Origin: an uncultured Desulfobacterales bacterium
Lineage (GTDB): Bacteria > Desulfobacterota > Desulfobacteria > Desulfobacterales > UBA11574
NCBI GenBank assembly: GCA_937998305.1
Contig: CALLDL010000004.1
Span: 7,103-71,102 of the forward strand
Length of the DNA stretch: 64,000 bases
Reading direction: 5' to 3'
Within the stretch, counting starts at the first letter, position 1. Every line of letters starts with the position of its first letter. A program made the position numbers and the translations under genes. Shown here piece after piece: positions 1 to 9,560 of this stretch. The notes beneath the pieces are model-generated. The model searched no databases and was not told the origin of the DNA. It saw only the letters and a program-made list of their open reading frames with translations.

Positions 1-43
1 AGCGCTCAGTTTAGGTGAAAATTAAGGGGGCCAAACTTGAATC

Positions 44-1051
44 TTAAGTCTTGGTCCGGAGCAGTTGGTGATATGCTCGGGACAGCTTGATAAATTTGTC
101 GTGGTCACCGCCTTTGTCTGGATGAAGCTTTTGAATCCGTTTACGGTAAAGTCGGACCAGGTCTTTGCGGGTCATTTTTTTCAACTCTTCCGGCGTTTCT
201 TTGAACAGGGCACCGGCCTCCTCCAGATTGGCTTTCCGGGATTTAAACGAAGAGCGATAGTCCCTTCGACTGTTGATAAACGTTCGAATGTATTCTTCAA
301 TAAATGATTTTGGAGCATAGTCGTAATCGAAATACATGACAGCATAACGAACAAGATATTCATTCAGACTGTCACCGGTTTCCATGCCCCCCCAGAACGC
401 CAGGTCGCTGTTCAGACGACAAATTCCCTCCACAAAGTGCTCATCCACCGCCTTTTGCTCCAGCAATTTGGGTGCGGTTTGGGCAAACCACTGGGTGAAG
501 AAATCCTGAAGGTTAAAAATGACATATGCGTAGGTTTTATATTCTCGGACCGCCAGGATTTTTTCCATCTCCATGAACATTTGTTCGATTTCATCTCTGG
601 ATTTATCCGTTAGAACCTGGAACAGCTTATGCGGCACGCAGGCAATGTTCTGTTGATTCGTTCGCCCGCATCGTAAGTAGAGGATTCGACGCTGATCAAA
701 GATGTGAAACTCTGAGGGTGCCGCCGTTTGTTTTGCACTTGGCACTTGTCGATGTTTCAGATTTTTTTGCCGGTTTCTAAAGGTTTCTATAGATCTTCTA
801 ATGTCCGGATCCAGAAAGTGCCAGAAAATATCTTCCAGCTCATCGTTTTCCAGATAAACATCCATATCAATAAGTTGTTCTTCCACAGATTCGTTGATGT
901 AAAACGAATTTCCACCCGGATAAACGATGTATTGGGCTGGATCGATCCCGAGGTCAACCAAATTCCGACTCAAAAATTGATTCTTGTGTAAATAGGATTC
1001 TCGAATGGAATAATGCGTCTGACCATTAATTTTCCGTTGTGCAAGATACAA
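44..1051 (-). CDS. J-domain (DnaJ-like) protein; C-terminal J domain, N-terminal region unknown
   Basis: 335-aa ORF. The C-terminus LYRKRIQKLHPDKGGDHDKFIKLSRAYHQL carries the HPD tripeptide of J domains. TTG start with AAGGA about 9 nt upstream. Confidence 0.6.
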   Translation of the reverse strand: MYLAQRKINGQTHYSIRESYLHKNQFLSRNLVDLGIDPAQYIVYPGGNSFYINESVEEQLIDMDVYLENDELEDIFWHFLDPDIRRSIETFRNRQKNLKHRQVPSAKQTAAPSEFHIFDQRRILYLRCGRTNQQNIACVPHKLFQVLTDKSRDEIEQMFMEMEKILAVREYKTYAYVIFNLQDFFTQWFAQTAPKLLEQKAVDEHFVEGICRLNSDLAFWGGMETGDSLNEYLVRYAVMYFDYDYAPKSFIEEYIRTFINSRRDYRSSFKSRKANLEEAGALFKETPEELKKMTRKDLVRLYRKRIQKLHPDKGGDHDKFIKLSRAYHQLLRTKT

Positions 1052-1099
1052 GATTATATTTCCTTTTGGCGATGGTATTTTTAACTTTCACATGCCGTC

Positions 1100-2209
1100 T
1101 CATGCGTCTTCAATATAAATCCGTTTGACTCGACTGGATACGCCACAGGTCAACTCATAGGGTATGGTTCCGATGCTTTGGGCAACATCCAGGGCTTGGA
1201 TAACGCCTTGGGGTTCTTCACCCCATATAACGACTGGATCACCGGGGTTTATCGGATCATCCCCGACATCGATCATAATGTGATCCATGGTGACCCGGCC
1301 GACCAATGGGTAGCGTTTTCCTTTGATCAGAACTTCTCCGATATGGGTCAGACTTCGCTGAATTCCATCGGCATAACCGATGGGAAGAACAGCGATGGTT
1401 GTGGGTTTTTCCGATGTCCACTGCCTGCCGTAACTTACCGGAAAATTGGCCGGGATTTTTCTAATATGTGCCACAAATGTTTTCAGGGTCATGACCTGTC
1501 TTATTTTTATTGTGCGGGTGGTTTCTGATGACGGATAGTGCCCGTACAACAAAATACCGGGTCGAACTGCATCAAATGTGCTTTCAGGCAAATCCAGAAC
1601 CGCTCCGCTATTGGCCATGTGAATGATGGCCGGTGTTTTGCCTTTTTCTTTCAATCGGGAAAGAATGTCCTGAAATCTGGACAGCTGAAGGTTTGCGTAG
1701 GTTTTGTCTGTTTCGTCTGAAGTGGAAAAGTGCGAATAGAGTCCCTCCCAAACACAGTGTTTGGACGACATAAGCACGTCCAAGAAGTCGGGTTCCCGAT
1801 CAAAAAGGACGCCGATTCTCCCCATGCCGGTTTCCACATTCACATGCACACTCGCCGGTTGTTTCTGTCCGGCCTTTTCAATCCAGCGAATGTCTTCTAT
1901 CCCGAATAGACTGATTCTGAAGCCGGCTTTTATGGCCTCTGAAATTTCATCAGGGAACAGTCGCCCAAAAATCAGTATCGGGTGGGATATTCCGCTGTCT
2001 CGCAATTCCATAGCTTCTTGAAACTGTGCTACGGCAAATCGTGTATAACCTTCTTTTACAAGGCGTTTGGTTACGGCAACGGCACCGTGGCCGTAGGCAT
2101 TGGCTTTTACCACCGGGATGATCTCAGATGGGGCCACTTTTTCTTTGATGGCGTTTATGTTGTGAACCAGATTGTTCAGATTAATTTCAGCGAATGTTTT
2201 TGTACTCAT
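1100..2209 (-). CDS. alr: alanine racemase
   Basis: 369 aa with the PLP-lysine motif VVKANAYGHG near the N-terminus and typical Alr length. Confidence 0.9.
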   Translation of the reverse strand: MSTKTFAEINLNNLVHNINAIKEKVAPSEIIPVVKANAYGHGAVAVTKRLVKEGYTRFAVAQFQEAMELRDSGISHPILIFGRLFPDEISEAIKAGFRISLFGIEDIRWIEKAGQKQPASVHVNVETGMGRIGVLFDREPDFLDVLMSSKHCVWEGLYSHFSTSDETDKTYANLQLSRFQDILSRLKEKGKTPAIIHMANSGAVLDLPESTFDAVRPGILLYGHYPSSETTRTIKIRQVMTLKTFVAHIRKIPANFPVSYGRQWTSEKPTTIAVLPIGYADGIQRSLTHIGEVLIKGKRYPLVGRVTMDHIMIDVGDDPINPGDPVVIWGEEPQGVIQALDVAQSIGTIPYELTCGVSSRVKRIYIEDA

Positions 2210-2255
2210 TGATTCACCTTTTGAATATGGGTTCCGATTCGATTATTAAGATGGG

Positions 2256-2465
2256 CTAGGGTTTCAATATCATGTTATCGATCAAGCGAGCTTCCCCGAT
2301 TCTTACGGCAAGGGCCATCAGGGCCGGTCTGTCGATGGTTTTCATATCATCAAGGGTTCCCGGATGGGATCGGATCAACTTTGCTGCTGTGTCGATAATT
2401 TTAGCGGCATCCGGAGCGAACACTGCACTGACACTTTTTTTGGAGCAGTTCAAGGTCTCTTTCAA
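2256..2465 (-). pseudogene. orphan C-terminal fragment resembling pantoate--beta-alanine ligase (PanC)
   Basis: 69-aa ORF ending ALMALAVRIGEARLIDNMIL, like the conserved PanC C-terminus (..G.ARLIDN). The roughly 200 N-terminal PanC residues are absent. Confidence 0.4.
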
Positions 2466-2540
2466 AATTCATGGGATAGGTCTCTAAATCTTCGCCAGGG
2501 CCGAACTGTGTAGAACTCACTAAATTAAATGAAAAATATG

Positions 2541-3011
2541 TTAGTTGACAAATAGAACAGAGATATCCTTTGCCAGATTGAAAACTTTTTGAGAAATACT
2601 TCCCAACAAGAAATCTTTAATTCCGGATACTCCCCTTTTTCCCATGACAATAATGTTATAATCGGACTGGGCTTCTTTTATAATATCTCTTGCAACGCCG
2701 CTTTTTTTGAGTTTTGCTTTAATGGTGATATTCTTTTCTCCAAATCCGGCATCCATCAGTATGGTTTTACTTTTTTGTAAAGCTTTAGTAACCAGCTCTT
2801 TCTTTTTTTCTTCAAGCAGACAAAAAGAGCTTTGTTGAGATGTAAAATAAGGCGTTAGCTCCGGACTGTTCATTTCGCACATGGTTGCGGTGTCTTGAAC
2901 AACGTTAAATAGGGTGATCCGGTTATCAGCGGTAAAAGTATTTGCCACAAATTCAACCGCGCGTATCGCATTTTCAGAATCATCAATCGCCACCAATATT
3001 TTTTTAGCCAT
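2541..3011 (-). CDS. universal stress protein (UspA family)
   Basis: 156 aa; KKILVAIDDSENA at the N-terminus and IIVMGKRGVSGIKDFLLGSISQKV (the ATP-binding G-x2-G-x9-G-S pattern) near the C-terminus. Confidence 0.85.
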   Translation of the reverse strand: MAKKILVAIDDSENAIRAVEFVANTFTADNRITLFNVVQDTATMCEMNSPELTPYFTSQQSSFCLLEEKKKELVTKALQKSKTILMDAGFGEKNITIKAKLKKSGVARDIIKEAQSDYNIIVMGKRGVSGIKDFLLGSISQKVFNLAKDISVLFVN

Positions 3012-3163
3012 CTATCATATCCTCCTTCATATAAATACCAGTTTGTGTTCACATTACGTATGCCAGCTTGTTCTGATAACTTCAAGGGAATTTCATTTGT
3101 TGGGTAAAATTCTTAATAAGAAGATAAGAATTATTTATAACCTAAACTCGACCATCCTGAAGG

Positions 3164-3275
3164 GTTTCAAATAGTGACAATTTTTTGCATAATTAAATCC
3201 TATCCATTAGCAACATTATCAATGTATATTTATTTGTAATTATTGCTTTATTATAGCCCTGTCACTATTTGAAAC
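3164..3275. repeat. perfect 16-bp inverted repeat GTTTCAAATAGTGACA / TGTCACTATTTGAAAC separated by an AT-rich spacer
   Basis: Arms read directly at 3164-3179 and 3260-3275. The element lies in the usp upstream region. Confidence 0.7.
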
Positions 3276-3471
3276 GCTCCATTTAGGTCTAATTTTATAA
3301 TGCTGAAACATGGATTGATAGGGGCTGAGGTGAATCAATGGGATATGCGGGCAGTTTAACGTCTTGCCCGGGACTAAAGACTACAACCGCTGCTGCAATG
3401 TGCAACTCTGGGTATCGTAAAACGTTTCATATTGTTCACCTCCTGTTGTTTTATAATTGCGATGATGGTGT

Positions 3472-3711
3472 TTATGTTGTGATATCTTTCAGTTTTTCAC
3501 CAGCCGACGGAGAAATCGAATAGTATGGATCCATGCTGGCCGGCGATACGGGTTCACCTGCAATCGATTTTTGTAAGTGTTTATGCCGGCAATGTAAACA
3601 TGTCCAATATTCCCAATGTCTTTTACAGGCATGATCCAAACAATTTCTGTAGTAGGGACAAAATACATTTCTATATCCCTTGGACTGAAGAGGTTTTCTG
3701 AATTTTCTCAT
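3472..3711 (-). CDS. small Cys/His-rich hypothetical protein
   Basis: 79-aa ORF with AAGGA 9 nt upstream of the ATG and a cluster CPYYRNCLDHACKRHWEYWTCLHCRHKH. No family recognised. Confidence 0.35.
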   Translation of the reverse strand: MRKFRKPLQSKGYRNVFCPYYRNCLDHACKRHWEYWTCLHCRHKHLQKSIAGEPVSPASMDPYYSISPSAGEKLKDITT

Positions 3712-4072
3712 TACTGAATTCCTTATCTCTGATCAATATTTACTGGCATATAGGAACATAAAATATAGATAATACCACAATGTGGTTATGTCAACTTGTT
3801 TTTGAAGCCTTTAATGGTTGTATAATTGGACGTTTCGATAGAATTGTCATACTTGCCTTCAACCTCTTATCCCATCTAATTGATTACAATTTTTCTGCAC
3901 TTGCTTCAAGGTAGTCTGACATGCGTCAGCCGTGAGTTTCATGCCCCTTTCACCCTTTTGTTATCCAGCACGCTATATTCCTCGGTAAATTGCAAAACAT
4001 CAATGACCTGCAGCATTTCATCGACCTGCTTCGTGCTAGGCCTTTTAGCAATATTGGGGTGAGAAACTTGAG

Positions 4073-4582
4073 TTATAATTCTTCCATATCGAATTCTTTG
4101 AAATCAAACCAATATCCAGTATTTGTGATGTAGTCCAACTCAGCCTGAACCGCGGCAATGTGGTTTTCTTCAATCTCCAGAAACCGGGAAAACATCTTTT
4201 GACCTTCATCGGTCATTTCATTGACCATTTTTTCGTAAAAATTACTGGTTTCAACTTCTGCTTGAAGGGCTCTGCTGAGAATGACCTTTACGCTGCTAAG
4301 ATCCTTTGTTGACATATGGGCCTTGATTTTATCGGTTTCTTTCTGAATGATTTCCTTTGAGGGAACAGCGGATATCAGCTTCTCGGCTGACAGTTTCCCT
4401 GATTTTCGCCACAACCTGAGTCTCTCCATCAAATAGTCGAGGTGATATTGCTCGTCATCTCCCATCATTTTAAAAAATCTTTGACCTTCCGGATCATGAA
4501 CACTTTTAGCGGCATCCCGATAAATATCCCGTATTTTTGTTTCATAATCGATGGCTGTCTGAATGGCTTTTTCCATTTCCAC
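4073..4582 (-). CDS. ferritin-like / rubrerythrin-family diiron protein
   Basis: 169 aa with two E-x-x-H helices (DDEQYH and EIEENH) in a four-helix-bundle-like layout. Confidence 0.7.
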   Translation of the reverse strand: MEMEKAIQTAIDYETKIRDIYRDAAKSVHDPEGQRFFKMMGDDEQYHLDYLMERLRLWRKSGKLSAEKLISAVPSKEIIQKETDKIKAHMSTKDLSSVKVILSRALQAEVETSNFYEKMVNEMTDEGQKMFSRFLEIEENHIAAVQAELDYITNTGYWFDFKEFDMEEL

Positions 4583-4879
4583 GGTTTTTCTCCCCTTTTA
4601 AAAAAACATATGGTTTTAAAGCATATTCTCTCATTTAATCAAATTTCATGCCATATTTGAGAGCGATATTTTCAGGCTCCTATATATCAATATTATCAAC
4701 CAATTGGATGATTTTACAAATGAAGGGGTGTGTTACACAGGCTGGATGGACACTTTTTTGAGACAATATGTCTCATATTGTGTATCGAAATTTACTTGAA
4801 TAAGACTTGTCCAGGTGACATTAGTTGAGGCTTCAGCTGAGTTAAAGGGTGCGAATTTGAGTTATAAAAAACAAGGGGA

Positions 4880-6442
4880 TTAGGCAGTGTTATTTACAAT
4901 CAAGTTCTGTGCGGTCATTTCTTTGGGTATATCCAAACCAAGTAGAAACAAAACCGTTGGTGCGATATCCGATAGTTTGCCATGGCCAATAAGCCGCTTG
5001 TCCTTGGAATCATTGGCAAGGTAAATGACATCAACGGGGTTCAAGGTATGGCTGGTTTTGGTCATGCCGGTCTGATCATCGACCATCTGTTCGGAGTTGC
5101 CATGATCCGATGTAATGAGAATATGGGCATCAATTTCGAGCAGGCGGTTGACAATTCTGCCGATACAATCGTCCACTACCTCGATAGCTTTTATGGCGGC
5201 CTCCAAGTTACCGGTGTGGCCGACCATATCTCCGTTGGCAAAATTTACGGCAATAAAGTGATAAGGGTTGTTACGGAGTCTTTTAAGAAGTTCATCGGTA
5301 ACATTGTAAGCCTCCATCTCCGGGTGACTGGCAAAGGTGGCTGGATCGAATCGGCTCGGAACGTCGACCTGATCCTCGTTTGGGTATGGGGTTGTTGTCT
5401 TCCCGTTAAAAAAACTCGTAACATGTCGAAATTTCTGGGTTTCGGCAATTCGCAGCTGGCGAAAACCTGCATGGGAAATCACCTCGCCGAGGAGGTGTTC
5501 CATGCCTCCACCCGTGTCCATAGCGCCCAGCATGTAGTTCGTAAATTCATCCCAGTATCGTGTCAGGCCAACATAAGTTATATCTCGAGTTGTTTTTAGT
5601 TTCCCTGGATATTTTGGATCAACAAAGGCCATGGAGAGCTGAATTGCGCGATCCTGCCGGTAGTTGGTGTGCAAAATACAATCGTTATCCCTGACACCGT
5701 CATAGTTGCCGATCACGTAAGGGGGAATATATTCATCAAACATTTCCACATTATCCGGGGTCCTGTCATTTTCATATGATTCATTAACCGCGGTTTCAGC
5801 ATTTAAGGCTCGACGACCTTCGCAGGCGACAATGCAATCAAAGGCAATATCGGTCAATCTCCAGTTCCTGGAACGGTCCATTCCGTAATATCGACCCATT
5901 ATAGTACCAATGAAGCATCCGCCGACCTCGTCCATCACCTGATTGAGCTTTGCCAAATATTCCAGACAACTTCGCGGAGGTGTATCGCGCCCGTCTAAAA
6001 AGGGATGGATGATAATGGGACCATCGGGATATTCTATCCTTGCCCGCCGCATGATCTTAAAGAGATGTTCCTGATGGGCATGTACGCCTTCGTCCTGGAG
6101 CAAACCGAGCAAATGAAGACGGCTTTGGTGTTCCTTCCAGTTGTTCACCAGCTCTTTCCACTTTTTTACTCCAAAAAGTTCCCCTGTGCTTAATCCGTCG
6201 TCAATACGCTTGAGTTCTTGAATGACGATTCTGCCGGCACCCATGTTTAGGTGTCCCACTTCCGATGATCCCTGATATCCATCTGGAAGGCCAACAGGTT
6301 CTCCGGCACAGTCTAAAAGTGTCCATGGATAGATGGCTTTGTACAGGTCGATATTGGGTGTCTTGGCGGCAAGTACGGCGTTGCCTTGTGCGATTTCGCT
6401 ATATCCCCATCCGTCACGAATGATCAAGCATACAGGCCGCAT
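4880..6442 (-). CDS. gpmI: 2,3-bisphosphoglycerate-independent phosphoglycerate mutase
   Basis: MRPVCLIIRDGWG at the N-terminus and ITSDHGNSE near the C-terminus. Start set at the ATG preceded by AAAGGAG (6442) rather than the ORF-track start at 6460. Confidence 0.9.
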   Translation of the reverse strand: MRPVCLIIRDGWGYSEIAQGNAVLAAKTPNIDLYKAIYPWTLLDCAGEPVGLPDGYQGSSEVGHLNMGAGRIVIQELKRIDDGLSTGELFGVKKWKELVNNWKEHQSRLHLLGLLQDEGVHAHQEHLFKIMRRARIEYPDGPIIIHPFLDGRDTPPRSCLEYLAKLNQVMDEVGGCFIGTIMGRYYGMDRSRNWRLTDIAFDCIVACEGRRALNAETAVNESYENDRTPDNVEMFDEYIPPYVIGNYDGVRDNDCILHTNYRQDRAIQLSMAFVDPKYPGKLKTTRDITYVGLTRYWDEFTNYMLGAMDTGGGMEHLLGEVISHAGFRQLRIAETQKFRHVTSFFNGKTTTPYPNEDQVDVPSRFDPATFASHPEMEAYNVTDELLKRLRNNPYHFIAVNFANGDMVGHTGNLEAAIKAIEVVDDCIGRIVNRLLEIDAHILITSDHGNSEQMVDDQTGMTKTSHTLNPVDVIYLANDSKDKRLIGHGKLSDIAPTVLFLLGLDIPKEMTAQNLIVNNTA

Positions 6443-6617
6443 GGCTGCTCCTTTCAACAATTTTTTATCAAAATATTTTTAAAGCCTATTAAAAAGCAAT
6501 GTCAAAAAAAAGGAATAGATTTTATTTCGATAAACACCCTCGAACGTTCACTCATCGCCATATATTTTTCAAAATTTAAACGAGAGCAACCTCGATCAAC
6601 AAGGAGCCTGGTTTCGA

Positions 6618-7517
6618 TTATTCACTTGGTTTCAAAAGAACCCGGTATTTTTTTACAAAGTCGACCGGATGATACGATAATTTCGCTTTGCGAAGTCCTT
6701 CATTACCGAGATCCTGCTCACGATTAACGAAATCAAATTGTTCGCCGTGATGTTCAAGAAACATCTGGTTAATTGCCTGATATGCACCTTTATAATCCGG
6801 GTTTCCTTTTTCGAAATGGATCACGATCGTATCTTGCGACAGTTGTTCGGCAATGGTGTAGGCAACCATTTCTTGGCCGACCAAAAGCGCACCGCCGGTT
6901 AGGCCATAAAGCGTTTCCGGGTTATCGAGAATTTTTGAAATTGCTCGGTTTTCAGCGGACAGAGCTTCGGACGACTCGCAATCCCGCCAAGTGCACCAAT
7001 CTTCCTGCATGGCCAGGGCCATATCGATCATCTTTGCATCAAAAGGAACGTATTGATAATCGTATTTTTTTTTGAATTGGTTCACCAGGTTCTTTTTTTT
7101 ATGAAAGCGATTGCCTTTTAGTGCCATGAGTTCTTTAACATCGTAAATGTAATCCCAGTGCGCTCTTTCATCCTCACTTCGAATACGGTCTTCGATATTT
7201 TTCTCCCATACCCGAAGCAATTCTTCAGGGATACGGAGAAAGGTGATCGGTTCGTCGAAATATTTGTCAAAACATCGGCTCCAGTCCATGTCCGTCCATG
7301 ACCCTATCGGCGCCCAAAACACTTCACTTGGAATCGTCTGTTTTATCCAGACCACATCATCCGACCATGCCCAATAAAGTCCATACTCATCCGACCATCC
7401 CCACAGATTAACAAAGCTATAATCGGAAGACTTCTGGGGGCATCGGTTAAATATATCCAAATATTCATTTTGCTTATTCAAATTGATCGTTTCAAAGTTT
7501 AGCGTCATTCGGCTCAT
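6618..7517 (-). CDS. DUF2156-like protein (lysyl-phosphatidylglycerol synthase C-terminal domain fold)
   Basis: 299 aa. The N-terminal SDYSFVNLWGWSDEY pattern resembles the DUF2156/MprF C-domain family from memory. An alternative start exists at 7508. Confidence 0.5.
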   Translation of the reverse strand: MSRMTLNFETINLNKQNEYLDIFNRCPQKSSDYSFVNLWGWSDEYGLYWAWSDDVVWIKQTIPSEVFWAPIGSWTDMDWSRCFDKYFDEPITFLRIPEELLRVWEKNIEDRIRSEDERAHWDYIYDVKELMALKGNRFHKKKNLVNQFKKKYDYQYVPFDAKMIDMALAMQEDWCTWRDCESSEALSAENRAISKILDNPETLYGLTGGALLVGQEMVAYTIAEQLSQDTIVIHFEKGNPDYKGAYQAINQMFLEHHGEQFDFVNREQDLGNEGLRKAKLSYHPVDFVKKYRVLLKPSE

Positions 7518-7641
7518 CCTTAATAATAATGTTTGACCTTCGATTTATATATTTTATAGGTATAAATCAAGCGTTATTCCAGTACGCCATCCCTTGATTA
7601 TTTTAAGTGGGGCAGAGCCCCCGGTTTAAAATGCAAAAGGA

Positions 7642-7657
7642 CGGCATAGATATTGCT
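7642..7657 (+). promoter_or_regulatory. candidate sigma-54 (-24/-12) promoter
   Basis: CGGCATAGATATTGCT has GG and GC at the canonical spacing (consensus TGGCAC-N5-TTGCW). It lies about 65 nt upstream of the ATG at 7723. Confidence 0.4.
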
Positions 7658-7722
7658 AATGTTAATATGTCTTTTCTGATTCTATAACATTGTAATACGA
7701 TTTTATTTTCGGGAAATGATCC

Positions 7723-8841
7723 ATGAGAAAACATCTTGTGCTTGTTGGTGGCGGCCATGCCCATATGGTCACACTTGCAAATCTTCGAGTATTCATTGAA
7801 AAAGGTCACAAGGTCACGGTTATCGCCCCTTCACCATACCATTATTACTCCGGTATGGGGCCTGGTATGCTCGGTAGAATCTATACTCCGGATGACATCC
7901 GTTTTTCCACACAGCATGTGGTGAAAAAACAGGGCGGCACTTTTGTTCTCGGAAAAGCCGTTCAGGTGGACCCGAAGGGTAAAAAACTGATCCTTGAATC
8001 CGGTGAAACAGTCCCTTATGATGTTCTTTCATTTAATGTCGGAAGTTATGTTCCAGAAAACAGAATTATGGGCACTGCCAGGGATGTTTTTACCGTAAAG
8101 CCGATTGAAAAACTTATTGATGCTCAGAAGCGTATTTTAGAGCTCGCTTCTCGTAAGAAAATAACCATTGGCATCGTCGGCGGCGGACCGTCTGCTGCCG
8201 AAATCGCCGGCAATGCCTGGCGGCTGACACAGGATTATGGCAAAAACAAACCCAGGGTCCGAATTTTTGCAGGAAAAGATTTTATGTCGCGATTCCCGGT
8301 TAATGTTAAAAAAAAGATTTCCAGATCGCTCAAAAGACGTGGCATCGAAATTCGGGAATCCGAATATGTTGAGAAAATCAAAACCAATGAGATTATCCTA
8401 GAATCGGGGGAAAGCTACGATACGGATGTTATCTTTCTGGCTGTCGGTGTTAAACCGTCACCGATTTTCAAGGAATCGGATCTGCCCATCGGACCGGACG
8501 GCGGATTGCTGGTCAATCAATACCTTCAAAGCACTGAATATCCTGAGATATTTGGAGGGGGTGACTGCATTTATTTTAAAAACCAGCCGCTCGACAAAGT
8601 CGGTGTCTATGCTGTACGGGAAAACTCAGTGCTATATCAAAACCTTATGGCATCGCTTGAAGGGAGGGCGCTTCAACCCTTTGATCCCGGAGGGGATTAC
8701 CTCCTGATATTCAATATGGGGGACGGTACGGGGGTTTTGCGCAAAAAGTGGTTGATCTCTGATGGAAAACTCGCCTTTAAGATTAAAGATTATATTGATC
8801 GAAGATTTATGAACAAGTTTCAACAAATTGAAAAAAAGTAA
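7723..8841 (+). CDS. FAD-dependent pyridine nucleotide-disulfide oxidoreductase (NDH-2-like)
   Basis: 372 aa with two dinucleotide-binding motifs, LVLVGGGHAH and IGIVGGGPSAAE. Confidence 0.75.
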   Translation: MRKHLVLVGGGHAHMVTLANLRVFIEKGHKVTVIAPSPYHYYSGMGPGMLGRIYTPDDIRFSTQHVVKKQGGTFVLGKAVQVDPKGKKLILESGETVPYDVLSFNVGSYVPENRIMGTARDVFTVKPIEKLIDAQKRILELASRKKITIGIVGGGPSAAEIAGNAWRLTQDYGKNKPRVRIFAGKDFMSRFPVNVKKKISRSLKRRGIEIRESEYVEKIKTNEIILESGESYDTDVIFLAVGVKPSPIFKESDLPIGPDGGLLVNQYLQSTEYPEIFGGGDCIYFKNQPLDKVGVYAVRENSVLYQNLMASLEGRALQPFDPGGDYLLIFNMGDGTGVLRKKWLISDGKLAFKIKDYIDRRFMNKFQQIEKK

Positions 8842-8965
8842 CGGTATAATTTATCAAACAATTTTATCTGAATTATCGTCTTTTTTGAAAACACATAGCG
8901 TTAGCTCAACACATAATATTGATGCAAAGGACCTCAAGAAATGGAGCTAACTACTGGAGATTATT

Positions 8966-9181
8966 ATGGGAAAACATGACATTCTGGTGTTCAAGCCGTA
9001 TCCTTTCAAGGTAGGTGAGAAACTAAACATCGAAGAGGGACCCCGCAGGGGTGACTGGGAAGTGATCGGTATCAGTGAACATAAAGTTAAACTCCGTTGT
9101 CCGGTTTCGTTTCGGGAGTTCGAATGGCGCCATTTTTGCTACTTCGTTGAGGAGCGTAAAGGGGCTATTTGGCCTCAATGA
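8966..9181 (+). CDS. small hypothetical protein
   Basis: 71-aa ORF in an otherwise empty gap, with GGAG upstream. No recognisable motif. Confidence 0.35.
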   Translation: MGKHDILVFKPYPFKVGEKLNIEEGPRRGDWEVIGISEHKVKLRCPVSFREFEWRHFCYFVEERKGAIWPQ

Positions 9182-9293
9182 CAGATCAGAGGGAGCATTA
9201 CATCCTTTCTCATGTCCATAACACTTTGAAATAAAAGCGTCCAGAGACTCAAAGATTCTGTGGATGGCATGGTTATCCGAACCGTTTTTGGGG

Positions 9294-9507
9294 GTACGTG
9301 TTCACCGGGTACGCTCCCCCGCTTCACTTTGGTGTCTGCGTGTCTGGTCATTTCAATAACTTAGCAGCGGTGGCATTCCTGCCTCCTCCGCGTTCTCCCG
9401 CGAAAAGCATGCGGGAGCTGCGGTCTCCCCCACTGCTAAGTAATTGAAATGACAAAGCCACTTTGTCAATATCGTTACACGGGGAAGCGTACCCGGTGAA
9501 CACGTAC
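9294..9507 (+). repeat. family A nested-palindrome element, copy A1
   Basis: Outer arms GTACGTGTTCACCGGGTACGC / GCGTACCCGGTGAACACGTAC; middle stem GTCATTTCAATAACTTAGCAG / CTGCTAAGTAATTGAAATGAC; apical hairpin CTCCCGC-GAAAAGCAT-GCGGGAG. Confidence 0.85.
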
Positions 9508-9560
9508 TTCTGGGGGACATGAAGAATTTATCTAACTTTAAATAATATTAAAGAATAATT

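Noticed and set aside
3880-4066. Possible small gene downstream of the ferritin-like gene (minus-strand frame reads ..PNIAKRPSTKQVDEMLQVIDVLQFTEEYSVLDNKRVKGA*)
   Set aside because: It looks protein-like but has no usable start codon or RBS upstream of the internal Met. At best it is a gene remnant, and I cannot support it.
9294-9507. Retron msr/msd-like ncRNA (long nested inverted repeats)
   Set aside because: No reverse transcriptase gene lies anywhere in the window, and the multiple dispersed copies fit a REP/MITE-type repeat better.
9508-9560. yybP-ykoY manganese riboswitch upstream of mntP
   Set aside because: I could not find the conserved riboswitch helices. The leader is occupied by family A, which also occurs next to unrelated genes, so it is not a Mn-specific aptamer.
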